Source: an uncultured Gemmatimonadales bacterium (GTDB taxonomy: Bacteria > Gemmatimonadota > Gemmatimonadetes > Longimicrobiales > RSA9). From it: a DNA stretch of 64,000 nt. Position numbers and translations under genes: made by a program. The notes under the pieces are model-generated. The model did not search any database and was not told the origin of the DNA. It saw only the letters and a list, made by a program, of their open reading frames with translations. Positions 29,073 through 38,904 of this stretch are shown here, in pieces (the stretch's first letter is position 1; every line of letters starts with the position of its first letter). The DNA lies in NCBI GenBank assembly GCA_963798845.1, contig CAWCUS010000006.1:128001-192000 (forward strand), given 5' to 3'.

Positions 29073-30223
29073 TCCTCGTCGCCGTTCTCGATCCCGGCCG
29101 CATGGAGCAGCTTTGAGCGGATCTGACGGTTGAAGGTGTCCCACTTGAGGCGCATGTGCTCCGGGTCGTGGGCGCCCTCGAGGAAGCCGACCGGGATCTC
29201 GAAGCCGCCCGCGCGGTCCCTGCCACCGCCGTAGTGGCGGCCGCGGAAGTCGCTGCCCAGCGCACTCTTCAGGAACTGGTCGACGTCCATGGTCACCTTG
29301 CTGGTGCGGACGCTCCCCACCACCAGCTCGCGCTCTCCCTCCCCCTGCACGATGCCGTAGACGATGACCGTGTGGACGTTCTCCTCGGTGAGGAGGAAGT
29401 CGGCGGCCTGCGGGATGGCGTCGCGGTCGGCGTGGCGGAGGTAGCCCACCCCCGCCAGCGAGTAGCCCCCCCGCACCAGCCGGTCCGAGAGGGCGGTCTC
29501 GATGACGTCCATGGTGCCGTGGGAGCGCTGGACCCGCATGATGGTCTCGAGCAGCTCCGGATCCATCAGCCGACTCAGGTACGCCGCCGCCAGCAGCTCG
29601 TCCGCTCCCGCCCGCACCAGTCCGTTCGTCTCCGTCCTCAGCCCGTGGACCAGGGCCGTGGCCAGGTTGATGTGCTTCTGGTTGTCCGGGCTCAGCTCGA
29701 GCGTGTCGCCGCTGCGCAGGTAGTCCGTCACGATCGTCGCCGCCGCGCCCACCGGGCGGATGTCGGTGAACTCGGGGTGCAGGATGCCCTGGGGTGCGTG
29801 GTGGTCGATCACCGCGAGCGCCGGCACGCCCAGCTCGTTCAATCGGTCCGTGAGCCGCGTGGTGGTGCCCTGGTTGTCGATGTAGACGGCGCCATCGTAC
29901 CGGTCCAGCGGGAGCGCTTCCGTGAAGCGGATCAGGTCGATGGAGAGGATGTGAACCAGCGCCAGGTTCTCCTGGTGACTGATCCGCCCCTCGTAGACGA
30001 TGTCCACCTCGATGTCCCGCTCCGCCGCCAGCGTCCGGTACGCCATGGCGGAGGAGATGGCATCGGGGTCCGGGAAGTCCTGCACCGCGACGATGTGTAT
30101 CTCGCCGCGGTGTTTCTCGAGGAAGCTCGCGAACGCGTGGGCCCGCCCTTCGTCGGCGAAGTGCGGCGCCACGTCCAGCACGCTCGCGGCCACCTTCGCA
30201 GGTGTTTCGGTAGCAGGTATCAT
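29069..30223 (-). CDS. DHH family phosphoesterase (NrnA/GdpP-like)
   Basis: PDPDAISS, IDNQG, IDHH, VGAAATI, GSVR, GGGR..AGG. Confidence 0.9.
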   Translation of the reverse strand: MIPATETPAKVAASVLDVAPHFADEGRAHAFASFLEKHRGEIHIVAVQDFPDPDAISSAMAYRTLAAERDIEVDIVYEGRISHQENLALVHILSIDLIRFTEALPLDRYDGAVYIDNQGTTTRLTDRLNELGVPALAVIDHHAPQGILHPEFTDIRPVGAAATIVTDYLRSGDTLELSPDNQKHINLATALVHGLRTETNGLVRAGADELLAAAYLSRLMDPELLETIMRVQRSHGTMDVIETALSDRLVRGGYSLAGVGYLRHADRDAIPQAADFLLTEENVHTVIVYGIVQGEGERELVVGSVRTSKVTMDVDQFLKSALGSDFRGRHYGGGRDRAGGFEIPVGFLEGAHDPEHMRLKWDTFNRQIRSKLLHAAGIENGDED

Positions 30224-30335
30224 GGTCCCCCGGTATGCGGTCCGCCACGCCTCAGTTGCGAAGGCTGTGCCACACCCTTGCGCCACCGCTCCGTCCGGGT
30301 GACGGGTCGCGGGGCCGGGGGGGCCTGCCGCCTGG

Positions 30336-32363
30336 CTAGCCGGGCTGCGGTGGCCGGCGCGAGGAGGCGGTGGGCAGGGGCGAGGACGCGGCGGCGTGCC
30401 CGACGTCCGGTCGCTCCTCGTCGCCCGGCTGGACCGGCGCGTTCCCCATGAGGCGGCGCAGCTCTTCGCGCGTGACCACCTCGTGCTCGAGAAGGTCGTT
30501 GGCCAGCCGGTCGAGGATCTCGCGATCCCGGGCCAGGATGGTGCGGGCGCGCCCGTGAACCGACTCGACGATGCGGCGAACCTCATCGTCCATCGTGCGG
30601 GCGGTGTCCTCGCTGTAGGTCCGCTGCTGAGGCCAGCCGCCGTCGCCGCCGAGGAAGGTGTGGCGCTGCTTCTCGTACCCCACCGCCCCCAGCCGCTCCG
30701 ACATTCCGTACTGCTGGACCATCCGCCTCGCCAGGTCGCCCACCCGCTCCAGGTCGTTCAATGCGCCGGTCGAGATCTCGTTGAACACGATCTCCTCGGC
30801 CACACGGCCTCCCAGGAGCACCGCCATCCGGTCCAGCAGCTCCTGCTTCTGAAGCAGAAAACGCTCGTCCTCCGGAAGCTGCTGCGTGTAGCCGAGCGCA
30901 CCCACGCCACGCGGGATGATGCTGATCTTGTGGACTGGGTCGGCGTTCTCCACCCGCTCGGCGACGATGGCGTGGCCAGCCTCGTGGAACGCCACGATCT
31001 TCCGCTCCTTCTCGTTCACCAGCCGGTTCTTCTTCTCCAGTCCGGCGATGATCCGATCGATGGCGGCGTCGAGCTCGGCCATCCCCACTTCCGTCTTGTC
31101 CTTGCGCGCGGCCAGCAGCGCGCCCTCGTTCAGGAGGTTGGCCAGGTCCGCGCCCACGAACCCCGGCGTCCGACGGGCGAGGACGTTCAGGTCCACGTCG
31201 GGGGCCAGCCGGATCTGCCTGGCGTGGACCCGGAGGATCGCTTCGCGGCCAGCCCGGTCCGGACGATCCACCACCACCTGGCGGTCGAAGCGGCCGGGGC
31301 GGAGGAGGGCGGGATCCAGGATCTCCGGTCGGTTGGTCGCCGCCATGATGATGACGCCGACCTTCGGGTCGAAGCCGTCCATCTCGACCAGCAGCTGGTT
31401 CAGCGTCTGTTCGCGCTCGTCGTGCCCGCCCATGGGGCCGCCCGCCCCGCGCGCCTTCCCCAGCGCGTCCAGCTCGTCGATGAAGACGATGCACGGCGAG
31501 TTGCTCTTCGCCTGCTCGAACAGGTCCCGCACCCGGGACGCGCCCACGCCCACGAACATCTCCACGAACTCGCTCCCGTTCATGGAGAAGAACGTCACGC
31601 CAGCTTCGCCGGCGACGGCCCGCGCCAGCAGCGTCTTCCCGGTTCCCGGCGCGCCCGCCAGCAGCACCCCCTTGGGGATGCGCGCGCCCACCCGATGGAA
31701 TTTCTTCGGCTCCTTGAGGAACTCGACGATCTCCACGAGCTCCTGCTTCGCCTCATCCGCACCCGCCACGTCCTCGAACGTGACGCCGGTGCCGTCCTCC
31801 CCCACAATGCGTGCCCGGTTCTTCCCCACGGTCATCACGCCCGAGGCGGGGTTGATGCGCCGCAGCATCCAGATCCAGAACACCACCATGAGCCCGAGCG
31901 GGAGGAGCCAGATCAGCGCCTGGCCCAGCCAGCTCTGCGTAGCGGCGGAGTACTCCACGTCGTGCGACTCCAGGAGCGGGATCAGCTCGTCATCGCCCTG
32001 CACCCGCACCGACGTCCACACTTCCGGTGCCCGCCCCCGCGCCACCAGAGCACTGTCCGGCAGCGCACGGATCGTCTCGCCCTGGAAGTGTACCTGGGAC
32101 ACCTGGCCGGCCGCGATCCGGGCCTTCAGTTCGCTGTACGGGATCTGCGCGCTCTCCTTGCCGCTCAACAGCAGGTTCAGACCGAGGAGCAGAACGAGCG
32201 CCAGCAGGAAGTACAGGATGGAGAAGCGCGTCCGCCGGTTCCGCATCGGGTTGTGACGACGATCGTCCCGCCCGTTCCTGCGTTCCGGGCCTCGCTGCCG
32301 GCCGCGGTCCCGCTCGCGCCGATCGTCCGGCCCCGTCCTCCGTTCCTGCCCGAATGGTGTCAT
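30336..32363 (-). CDS. ftsH: ATP-dependent zinc metalloprotease FtsH
   Basis: Two TM segments, [55 protein letters not shown]. Start could be the later MRNRR ATG. Confidence 0.96.
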   Translation of the reverse strand: MTPFGQERRTGPDDRRERDRGRQRGPERRNGRDDRRHNPMRNRRTRFSILYFLLALVLLLGLNLLLSGKESAQIPYSELKARIAAGQVSQVHFQGETIRALPDSALVARGRAPEVWTSVRVQGDDELIPLLESHDVEYSAATQSWLGQALIWLLPLGLMVVFWIWMLRRINPASGVMTVGKNRARIVGEDGTGVTFEDVAGADEAKQELVEIVEFLKEPKKFHRVGARIPKGVLLAGAPGTGKTLLARAVAGEAGVTFFSMNGSEFVEMFVGVGASRVRDLFEQAKSNSPCIVFIDELDALGKARGAGGPMGGHDEREQTLNQLLVEMDGFDPKVGVIIMAATNRPEILDPALLRPGRFDRQVVVDRPDRAGREAILRVHARQIRLAPDVDLNVLARRTPGFVGADLANLLNEGALLAARKDKTEVGMAELDAAIDRIIAGLEKKNRLVNEKERKIVAFHEAGHAIVAERVENADPVHKISIIPRGVGALGYTQQLPEDERFLLQKQELLDRMAVLLGGRVAEEIVFNEISTGALNDLERVGDLARRMVQQYGMSERLGAVGYEKQRHTFLGGDGGWPQQRTYSEDTARTMDDEVRRIVESVHGRARTILARDREILDRLANDLLEHEVVTREELRRLMGNAPVQPGDEERPDVGHAAASSPLPTASSRRPPQPG

Positions 32364-32545
32364 GGGACGGGACTGGGGGGGCAATGTTCGTACCGGTGGA
32401 TGCGCGGCCCGCTTCCCCGGCGTTCCTTTCGCGTTGAAGCCGCGCCTCGCGCTCCACGCAGGCCGGGGGGGCGCGCCCCGCGCCGGAGCCGGCGCGTCCT
32501 GCGCCGCGGTGCCGCGCGAGCCGCAGCATCAGCGTCGACCGCGTG

Positions 32546-34078
32546 CTACCGGCTGTGCATCTCCTCCGCGAGCCGCCGCGCGAAAGCCATGATCGTCAAC
32601 GACGGGTCGACACTGATGCTGCCCGGCAACGCCGCTCCGTCCGCCACGTGCAGATTCTCCACCCGGTGTGCCTCACCCGAGGGCGATGCGAACGAGTCCT
32701 CGGCATCGCTGCCCATCGGCGCGGTGCCCATCAGGTGGGTGCCCAGGCAGACCTGGCTGTTCGGCTCCACGCTGCGCAGGGTGATGAGCGATTCGACCTC
32801 CCGCTCGTTCCGCACGCGCGTCCCCCAGACGTCCGGGATCCACACCTCCCGGGCGCCGGCGGCGAGAAAGATGCGGCTGGCGTTCCTGAGGTAGTCCACG
32901 GCCTTCAGGGCGTCCTCGCCGCGGACCCGATAGCTGGTGCGGCGGTAGCCGTCGTCGTCGAGGAAGACGCGGCCTGGATTCACCTCGTCGATGACGGACA
33001 GCACGGAGCCGAGCTGGTGCCAGCGCCCCATCCGGTCGGTGTGGCGAGGGCCGACCTGCCCCAGGAGCGCGGCGGTGCTGCCGGGCTGCTGGTGATTGCA
33101 CAGCATGATGTAGCCGCCGCCGGCGTAGCGGCCATCGGAGCGGCGGCGGACGCCGCGCCATTCGTGCACGACGTACGCGCATGGAATGCCCGTGTGATTG
33201 TCGATGTCGCGCCCGAAGTCGGCCCAGACGTTGAAGCTGGGATTGATGTAGAGGCGGCGGCCGACGGTGTGGTCGTCGAGGCTGCGAAGGAGTAGCTCCG
33301 CGGTGCCCAGGGATCCGCCGGCCACGACCACGTGGTCGGCGTCGACGCGGAAGCGGCCCACGGCCGGCCGCTCGCCGTTGCCACGGGCCAGGAACGAGCC
33401 CTCCACGCCGATGGCCCTGCCATTCTCGACGATCACGCGCTCGGCGCGCGCGTCGCTGTAGATTCGGCCACCCGCTCTGGAGACGCGCGGGATGGTGGTG
33501 ATCAGCTGGGAGCTCTTGCGGTTGTACGCACAGCCCAGCTGGGTCCAGCCGCAGCCGATGCAGTCGACTCGGGCAGTGGGGACCGTGAAGCCTTCCCACC
33601 CCAGCGTCTCGCACCCCGTCCGGACCAGCCTGTTGTTCTCGTTGAACAGCCCGTCCTCGGCCGGGTGGATCCCCAGCTCCCGCTCCACCGCCTCGAAATG
33701 CGGCCTCAGGGCACCGGGCGTGGCCCACTCGAGCCCGTGCTCGGTTCGCCACCGCTCCAGCCGGTCGTCGGGTGTGCGGATCGAGTCGCCCCAGTAGTGC
33801 ACCGTCGTCCCGCCGACGGTCTCCGCGTAGCTGAACAGGACGGCGTTGTCCACCGTGCTGTCGGCGCCGCCGCGGCCGTTGAACTCGGCCATGGCACCGC
33901 GCTCGTCCTGCGTGAAGCTCTCCGCCGTGTGGAAGCCTCCACGCTCGACCATGACGACGTCCCAGCCGCGCTCCGCCAGGTACGCCGCCAGCGTCCCGCC
34001 TCCCGCCCCCGTGCCCACCACGACGACGTCGGCCCGCTCGCCCGTCATCCCGGTCCGTTTCCAGCCCTCGAGGATCAC
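32546..34078 (-). CDS. GMC family FAD oxidoreductase
   Basis: VVVVGTGAGG, VGGTTVHYW, CIGCGW..LGC, VVAGG, HLMGTAPMG, VADG, DPSLTIMA; GTG overlaps the upstream stop. Confidence 0.9.
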   Translation of the reverse strand: MILEGWKRTGMTGERADVVVVGTGAGGGTLAAYLAERGWDVVMVERGGFHTAESFTQDERGAMAEFNGRGGADSTVDNAVLFSYAETVGGTTVHYWGDSIRTPDDRLERWRTEHGLEWATPGALRPHFEAVERELGIHPAEDGLFNENNRLVRTGCETLGWEGFTVPTARVDCIGCGWTQLGCAYNRKSSQLITTIPRVSRAGGRIYSDARAERVIVENGRAIGVEGSFLARGNGERPAVGRFRVDADHVVVAGGSLGTAELLLRSLDDHTVGRRLYINPSFNVWADFGRDIDNHTGIPCAYVVHEWRGVRRRSDGRYAGGGYIMLCNHQQPGSTAALLGQVGPRHTDRMGRWHQLGSVLSVIDEVNPGRVFLDDDGYRRTSYRVRGEDALKAVDYLRNASRIFLAAGAREVWIPDVWGTRVRNEREVESLITLRSVEPNSQVCLGTHLMGTAPMGSDAEDSFASPSGEAHRVENLHVADGAALPGSISVDPSLTIMAFARRLAEEMHSR

Positions 34079-34713
34079 GTTACCTCCCCGAAGTCCACCG
34101 GGTACGCGGGATAATGGTAGCGCTCCGTCCACGGACCTTCGAAGCCGGTGACGGGCCGCGTCTCCGGCCTCGCCCAGGCGTAGAAGTGCACCAGCGTGCG
34201 CAGCGCCTGGTACGCCGCTCGCCGCAGGTTGAACCGGCTGCGCCCCCACCCCTGCAGGTAGGCCAGCGCGTCTGCGGAGTCGAGGGCGGTGAACGGCCGG
34301 ACGTGACCGCTCAGGAACGTCAGCCGCTCCACCAGCCGCAGCACCGTCCGGATGTCCGTCACCACCGGCTCGCCCATGGCGGCGAGACCGCGGTCCACGT
34401 CACGGACGACTCTATCCGCTCCTACAGGGACGCCCTCCAGCAGCGCCGCAGCCGCCGCCCGCACCACGGCCAGCTCGCCTTCGGGCAGCACGCCTCCCGG
34501 CTGCGCCAGCTCGTGCGCGGCCGCGGGGAGGCCGGCCGGCAGCAATCGGCCCAGCCAGATCGCCGCGCCACCGCCGGCCACGCCGCGGAGGAAGCCGCGC
34601 CGGTCGAGGGGGAACGGAGGAATGGCCGCGGCCTCCGATGCGCCGTCGGGTCGGGAGGCACCCTGCCTGGCATCGGCCGCCGGGGCGCGGCGGGGAAAGG
34701 CTGTGTCGTGCAT
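34075..34713 (-). CDS. Tat-signal protein, gluconate 2-dehydrogenase subunit 3-like partner of the GMC enzyme
   Basis: DRRGFLRG twin-arginine motif, PFTALD...YLQGW, C-terminal GFEGP; coupled to the GMC gene; start uncertain. Confidence 0.7.
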   Translation of the reverse strand: MHDTAFPRRAPAADARQGASRPDGASEAAAIPPFPLDRRGFLRGVAGGGAAIWLGRLLPAGLPAAAHELAQPGGVLPEGELAVVRAAAAALLEGVPVGADRVVRDVDRGLAAMGEPVVTDIRTVLRLVERLTFLSGHVRPFTALDSADALAYLQGWGRSRFNLRRAAYQALRTLVHFYAWARPETRPVTGFEGPWTERYHYPAYPVDFGEVT

Positions 34714-34852
34714 CCTGGTCACGGGTTCGGGGTGCCTGCATCCTAACCCGCGGGCCATCGACTCGACCACCCCGACCGCGGCAGTCTGGCGTCGAACCGG
34801 CTTCTTCACCTAGGTTCAACCCTCCGACCACTCCACCCCCGACCCGACCGAC

Positions 34853-36055
34853 TTGCGCGCTATTCGCTTTCACTACCGCCCCGTACGTTATCTGCTGATT
34901 CGGGCGGCCGGCCGACGGCTGCGGGCGGGCGGCGCCGGGCCGCTCGGCTTCGTCCGGCTGGAGGAGGTCGCGCCGGAGCCGCTCCCGGCGAGCGACTGGG
35001 TGCGGGTGGAGCCGCGGCTCTCGGGGATCTGCGGGAGCGACCTCGGCGCCATCGCCGCCCACGATTCATTCACCCTCGAGCCCTACGCGTCGTACCCGTT
35101 CACCCTCGGCCACGAGGTAGTGGGCACGGTGGTGGAGGCGGGCCGAACGGTTTCACGCTGGCGCGAGGGAGACCGGGTGATCCTGAACCCGATGCTGGCG
35201 TGCCGCCAGAAGGGGGTGGAGCCGTGCGCCGCGTGCGCTCGCGGCGACTACGGCGTCTGCCGTCGCGCCACGGACGGAGTCGGCTCGATCACGGGGTTCA
35301 GTCCGCTCACCGGCGGGGGATGGGCCGATTCGCTGGTGGCGCACGAGAGCCAGCTCTGGCCGCAGGAAGAGCTGCCGGACGAGGTGGCGGTCTTCGCCGA
35401 CCCGTTCGCCTCGGCGGCGAAGGGCGTGTTCCTCGAGCCGCCTCTGGAAGACGACGTCGTCCTGGTCATGGGCGCGGGGAACATCGGCCTGCTCACGATC
35501 CACGCCCTGCGCGCCACGGGTTGGAACGGCGTCATAGCCGTGTCCGCCCGCTACGGCTTCCAGGCGGAGCGCGCCCGCCACGCCGGCGCGGATACGGTGC
35601 TGGAGTCCGACGTCGCGCTGTACGATTGGGCCGCGTCGCTGCCGGGCGCCGCCGCGTTCAAGCCCACGCTGGCCCCCCGCTTCGTCGAGGGCGGTCCGTC
35701 GCTGGTGTACGACACGGTGGGCACGGAGCGCACGGTCGCCCAGGCCCTGGCGCTCACGCGGGAAGCCGGTCGCATCGTGCTGACCGGGGCCGCCGCGCGC
35801 TCCCGTATCGATCTGACCCGTCTCTGGCACCGCCAGCTCCGGGTGACCGGTGTGATGGTGTACGGCGCCGTGGAGCTGGAAGGCCGAAAGGTCGACGTGT
35901 TCGACGCCGCGCTCGCGCTGCTCCGCCGGGGAGGCCTCGAGCGGCTGGAGCTTCTCACCCACGTGTTCGAACTGGAGGAGTATCGTGACGCCATATCGGT
36001 CGCGCTCGGGAAGGGCGGTCACAACAGCATCAAAGTCGCCTTCCGCCCCCGTTGA
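34853..36055 (+). CDS. Zinc-dependent dehydrogenase (MDR, threonine-dehydrogenase-like superfamily)
   Basis: GICGSD, LGHEVVG, structural Zn C..CAAC..C, GAGNIG, IKVAF. Confidence 0.88.
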   Translation: MRAIRFHYRPVRYLLIRAAGRRLRAGGAGPLGFVRLEEVAPEPLPASDWVRVEPRLSGICGSDLGAIAAHDSFTLEPYASYPFTLGHEVVGTVVEAGRTVSRWREGDRVILNPMLACRQKGVEPCAACARGDYGVCRRATDGVGSITGFSPLTGGGWADSLVAHESQLWPQEELPDEVAVFADPFASAAKGVFLEPPLEDDVVLVMGAGNIGLLTIHALRATGWNGVIAVSARYGFQAERARHAGADTVLESDVALYDWAASLPGAAAFKPTLAPRFVEGGPSLVYDTVGTERTVAQALALTREAGRIVLTGAAARSRIDLTRLWHRQLRVTGVMVYGAVELEGRKVDVFDAALALLRRGGLERLELLTHVFELEEYRDAISVALGKGGHNSIKVAFRPR

Positions 36056-37325
36056 GGACCTGGGTGCATACACGCGCGACCCCTTCGACGGCTTCTTCGA
36101 GGCGCGCGCGGTCGAGGATCTCATCCAGCCGGGCAGCCTGCTCGACACCGAGGCCGCCCGGCAGTGGTTCGAGCTCTTCCACCGCGGGCTCCCCCAGTCG
36201 CTCTACACGTACCAGCTGCCGCTCGAGCGCGCGGCACGCGCCGAGTCGTCCGTGTTCGGCCGCGAGCTGCTCATGTTCTCCTCCTACAGCTATCTCGGTC
36301 TCATCGGTGACCCACGGGTCGCCGCCGCGGTCCGCAGCGCCGTAGAGCTCTACGGCACGTCCACGGGTGGCGTCCGTCTCCTCACCGGGACGCTGGCCCT
36401 GCACCACGAGCTGGAGCGCGAGCTGGCCGACTTCCTGGGCGTGGAAGCCGCGGCGGTGTTCAGCTCGGGGTACGACGCCAACGTGGCCGCCATCAGCTCC
36501 CTCTTCGGCCCTGGCGACTGGGCGATCCTGGACCGGTACGCGCACCGGAGCATCCAGGACGGCTGCCGCATGGCCGGCTGCGAGGTCAGACCGTTCCGCC
36601 ACAACGACATGGCCGACCTGGAGCGCCGCCTTCGCCAGGCCCGGAGCCGCGGCGTCGAGCGCATCCTGGTCGCGGTGGACGGGGTGTTCAGCATGGACGG
36701 GGACCAGGCGCGACTCGAGCATGTCCTGGAGCTCAAGGACCGCTACGAGGCGTTCCTGCTGGTGGACGAGGCCCACGCGCTCGGCGCCATCGGCCAGATG
36801 GGGCGGGGGACGTGCGAGGCGCGCGGCGTGGACCCGGCCCGTGTGGACATTCTCACCGGCTCGCTCTCCAAGGCCATTCCCTCCTCCGGCGGGTTCGTGG
36901 CCGGGAGCCGCGCCCTGAAGATCTACGTCCAGCACGGATCGGCGCCGTACATCTTCAGCGCCGCGCTCACGCCGGCCAACGCCGCCGCGGCGCTGGAGGG
37001 GATCCGGATCCTGCGCGGCGACGCGGCGCGCATGGAGCGGCTCCGACAGAACGCCCGTCGCCTGCGCGATGGCGTCGCCGAGCGCGGCTTCGACACCGGC
37101 GCCACGGAGTCTCCGGTGGTCCCCCTGATCCTGGGCGACGAGTGGCGCGCCTACGCCTGGGCCCGCGCCATGCTCGACGACGGTGTCCTCGTCTCCGCGG
37201 TGGTATTTCCCGCCGTCGGCCGCGGGATGGCCCGCCTCCGTCTCTGCGCCACTGCCAGCCACGAGCCCGCGCACTTCGACACGCTCTTCGAGTCGATCGA
37301 CCGCCGCATTCGCGCAGAGGCCTGA
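35985..37325 (+). CDS. Alpha-oxoamine synthase family PLP enzyme (serine palmitoyltransferase/BioF/Kbl-like)
   Basis: FSSYSYLGL, GVRLLTGT, SGYDAN, AHRSI, FRHND, DGVFSMDGD, DEAH, GSLSKA, RLRL. True start is probably near 36050-36060. Confidence 0.88.
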   Translation: MTPYRSRSGRAVTTASKSPSAPVEDLGAYTRDPFDGFFEARAVEDLIQPGSLLDTEAARQWFELFHRGLPQSLYTYQLPLERAARAESSVFGRELLMFSSYSYLGLIGDPRVAAAVRSAVELYGTSTGGVRLLTGTLALHHELERELADFLGVEAAAVFSSGYDANVAAISSLFGPGDWAILDRYAHRSIQDGCRMAGCEVRPFRHNDMADLERRLRQARSRGVERILVAVDGVFSMDGDQARLEHVLELKDRYEAFLLVDEAHALGAIGQMGRGTCEARGVDPARVDILTGSLSKAIPSSGGFVAGSRALKIYVQHGSAPYIFSAALTPANAAAALEGIRILRGDAARMERLRQNARRLRDGVAERGFDTGATESPVVPLILGDEWRAYAWARAMLDDGVLVSAVVFPAVGRGMARLRLCATASHEPAHFDTLFESIDRRIRAEA

Positions 37326-37372
37326 GCGGCCGTTCCAGCTCGCGCCGCCCCCGGCGGCATGGTGACACGGAT

Positions 37373-37414
37373 GCGGAAAGTCCCCGGCGTCCGGTGGCCG
37401 CCGGGGACTTCCGC
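37373..37414. terminator. Hairpin between convergent genes
   Basis: gcggaa(a)gtccccggcg-loop-cgccggggacttccgc. Confidence 0.6.
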
Positions 37415-37458
37415 GTGATCACCGCCGGGCCAGGGCCCGGCCGGTTCGGCTCGACGGG

Positions 37459-38898
37459 TCAGGGCGTATTGGTGCTGCAGCCCGACGGGTCGTACTGCGG
37501 GTTGTTCCGCTCCTGGTACGGCACCGGGAACGCCACGTCGTCGCCGATGGCGGCGTTGAAGATGGTCGTCCCGATGGGGAACAGGTCATTGGCGGTGAAC
37601 ATCCCCTGGTAGGGGGAGATCGTGAGCAGGCGGCGCAGGTCGCCGAGCCGGTGCCCGGTCAGCCACAGCCAGAACGCGCGCTCCCTGTACAGCATCAGGA
37701 CGCGGTCCCTGGCGTTGCCCGGGTCCGACAGCGCAGGCAGATCCACCCCCGACCGGAGGTCGTTCAGGATCGCCAGCCAGTTCCCGGCCGCGCTGCTCCC
37801 CGCCGTGGCGCCACCGCTCAGGTTGGCCTCCGCGATGATCAGCTGCGCTTCCGTGTACGTCGCCAGCGGCACGCCCGTGCCCCGGCTCGGATACTTGAAC
37901 TGCGCGTACTCCGGAATCGCCGTCCCGCTCCCCACGGCGGCCGAGTCCACCGGCACCCGCGGGTCGATGATGTTGGCCGGGTCCGGCGTCGGGTTGTCCA
38001 CCGTGTTGGTCCCGATTCCGCGATTGAAGAACACGAGGCCGTTCACGCCGTCACCGGAAGCGGCGGACGAGCGCCGCTCGGAGTTGATGTTGTACCAGAT
38101 CCCGTTGTTCTGTGACGAGGCGTTCGGGCTGAACTCCACGTCGTACTCGAACCCCGACGGGATCTGCTGGGCCAGCGCCGCTGCGCCGGCCAGGTCGCCC
38201 TGGTCCTGCCTGACGCGGGCCATGCCCAGCCTCGCCAGGTTCACGAAGTCCGTGGCGCCCGCGGCCGTGCCCAGGTCCATTGCGGTCTGGAACCGAACGG
38301 CAGCCGAATCCAGCATCGCCGCCTTGTCGATGCCCGGCTCGAACACGATGTTCTGGCCGAGCGGCGCGTGGCTGAACGGGATGTGGCTGCACCAGTCCTC
38401 GGCGAAGAACACGAACGTGTACCCCGAGAGCGCCTTCATCTGCGCCCGGTAGGGGTCGTCCGAGTTCGCCGCGGCCAGGAGCTGCTCCGCCTGCTCGGCC
38501 AGGTTCCTGGCCCGGTGGAGGCGGTAGTACACGGTGTACACGTCACCGTTGGTGTCCTGCATGCTCCGGCCGTCGATCTCCTTCATGGTGTCGAACGTGC
38601 TGGAGTACCACAGCTCGTCGGCCAGCAGGCCGCCGATCCCCACCACGCCCGGTGTCTCGTTGTTCGCCGCGGGGCCGGCGATGGCCCGGGCGAACTCGAA
38701 GAGCGCGCCGTTGCGCACTGCCGGTGCGTTCGCAGTGTCCTCCACCGTGGGGAGGGTGATCAGGTCCGGATCCTGGAGGTTGACCAGCTTGTCCGTATTG
38801 CACGCGGCCAGCGCCAGGGTTGTAGCGAGCATCGCGACGCCCGCGAGCCGGAGAGGGCTCCCGAGCGGCGAGTCGCTCGTATTCGTCGTTCTCATCAA
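37459..38898 (-). CDS. susD: SusD/RagB family outer-membrane lipoprotein
   Basis: Lipobox LAAC, GLLADE, EAQLIIAEA, LNDLR, YRERAFWLWLTGHRLGDLRR, P..ERNNP. Confidence 0.88.
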   Translation of the reverse strand: MMRTTNTSDSPLGSPLRLAGVAMLATTLALAACNTDKLVNLQDPDLITLPTVEDTANAPAVRNGALFEFARAIAGPAANNETPGVVGIGGLLADELWYSSTFDTMKEIDGRSMQDTNGDVYTVYYRLHRARNLAEQAEQLLAAANSDDPYRAQMKALSGYTFVFFAEDWCSHIPFSHAPLGQNIVFEPGIDKAAMLDSAAVRFQTAMDLGTAAGATDFVNLARLGMARVRQDQGDLAGAAALAQQIPSGFEYDVEFSPNASSQNNGIWYNINSERRSSAASGDGVNGLVFFNRGIGTNTVDNPTPDPANIIDPRVPVDSAAVGSGTAIPEYAQFKYPSRGTGVPLATYTEAQLIIAEANLSGGATAGSSAAGNWLAILNDLRSGVDLPALSDPGNARDRVLMLYRERAFWLWLTGHRLGDLRRLLTISPYQGMFTANDLFPIGTTIFNAAIGDDVAFPVPYQERNNPQYDPSGCSTNTP

Positions 38899-38904
38899 TG
38901 CCTC

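Noticed and set aside
30396..32894. Long antisense or alternative-frame ORFs (e.g. 30396-32894, 39508-42099, 20732-23263, 9753-11813)
   Set aside because: They are shadows of well-supported genes, caused by stop-codon scarcity at high GC, and their translations are Arg/Pro/Ala-rich.
35985..37325. Assigning bioF or kbl as the gene symbol
   Set aside because: The motifs do not match Kbl and there is no biotin operon context, so it is left at family level.
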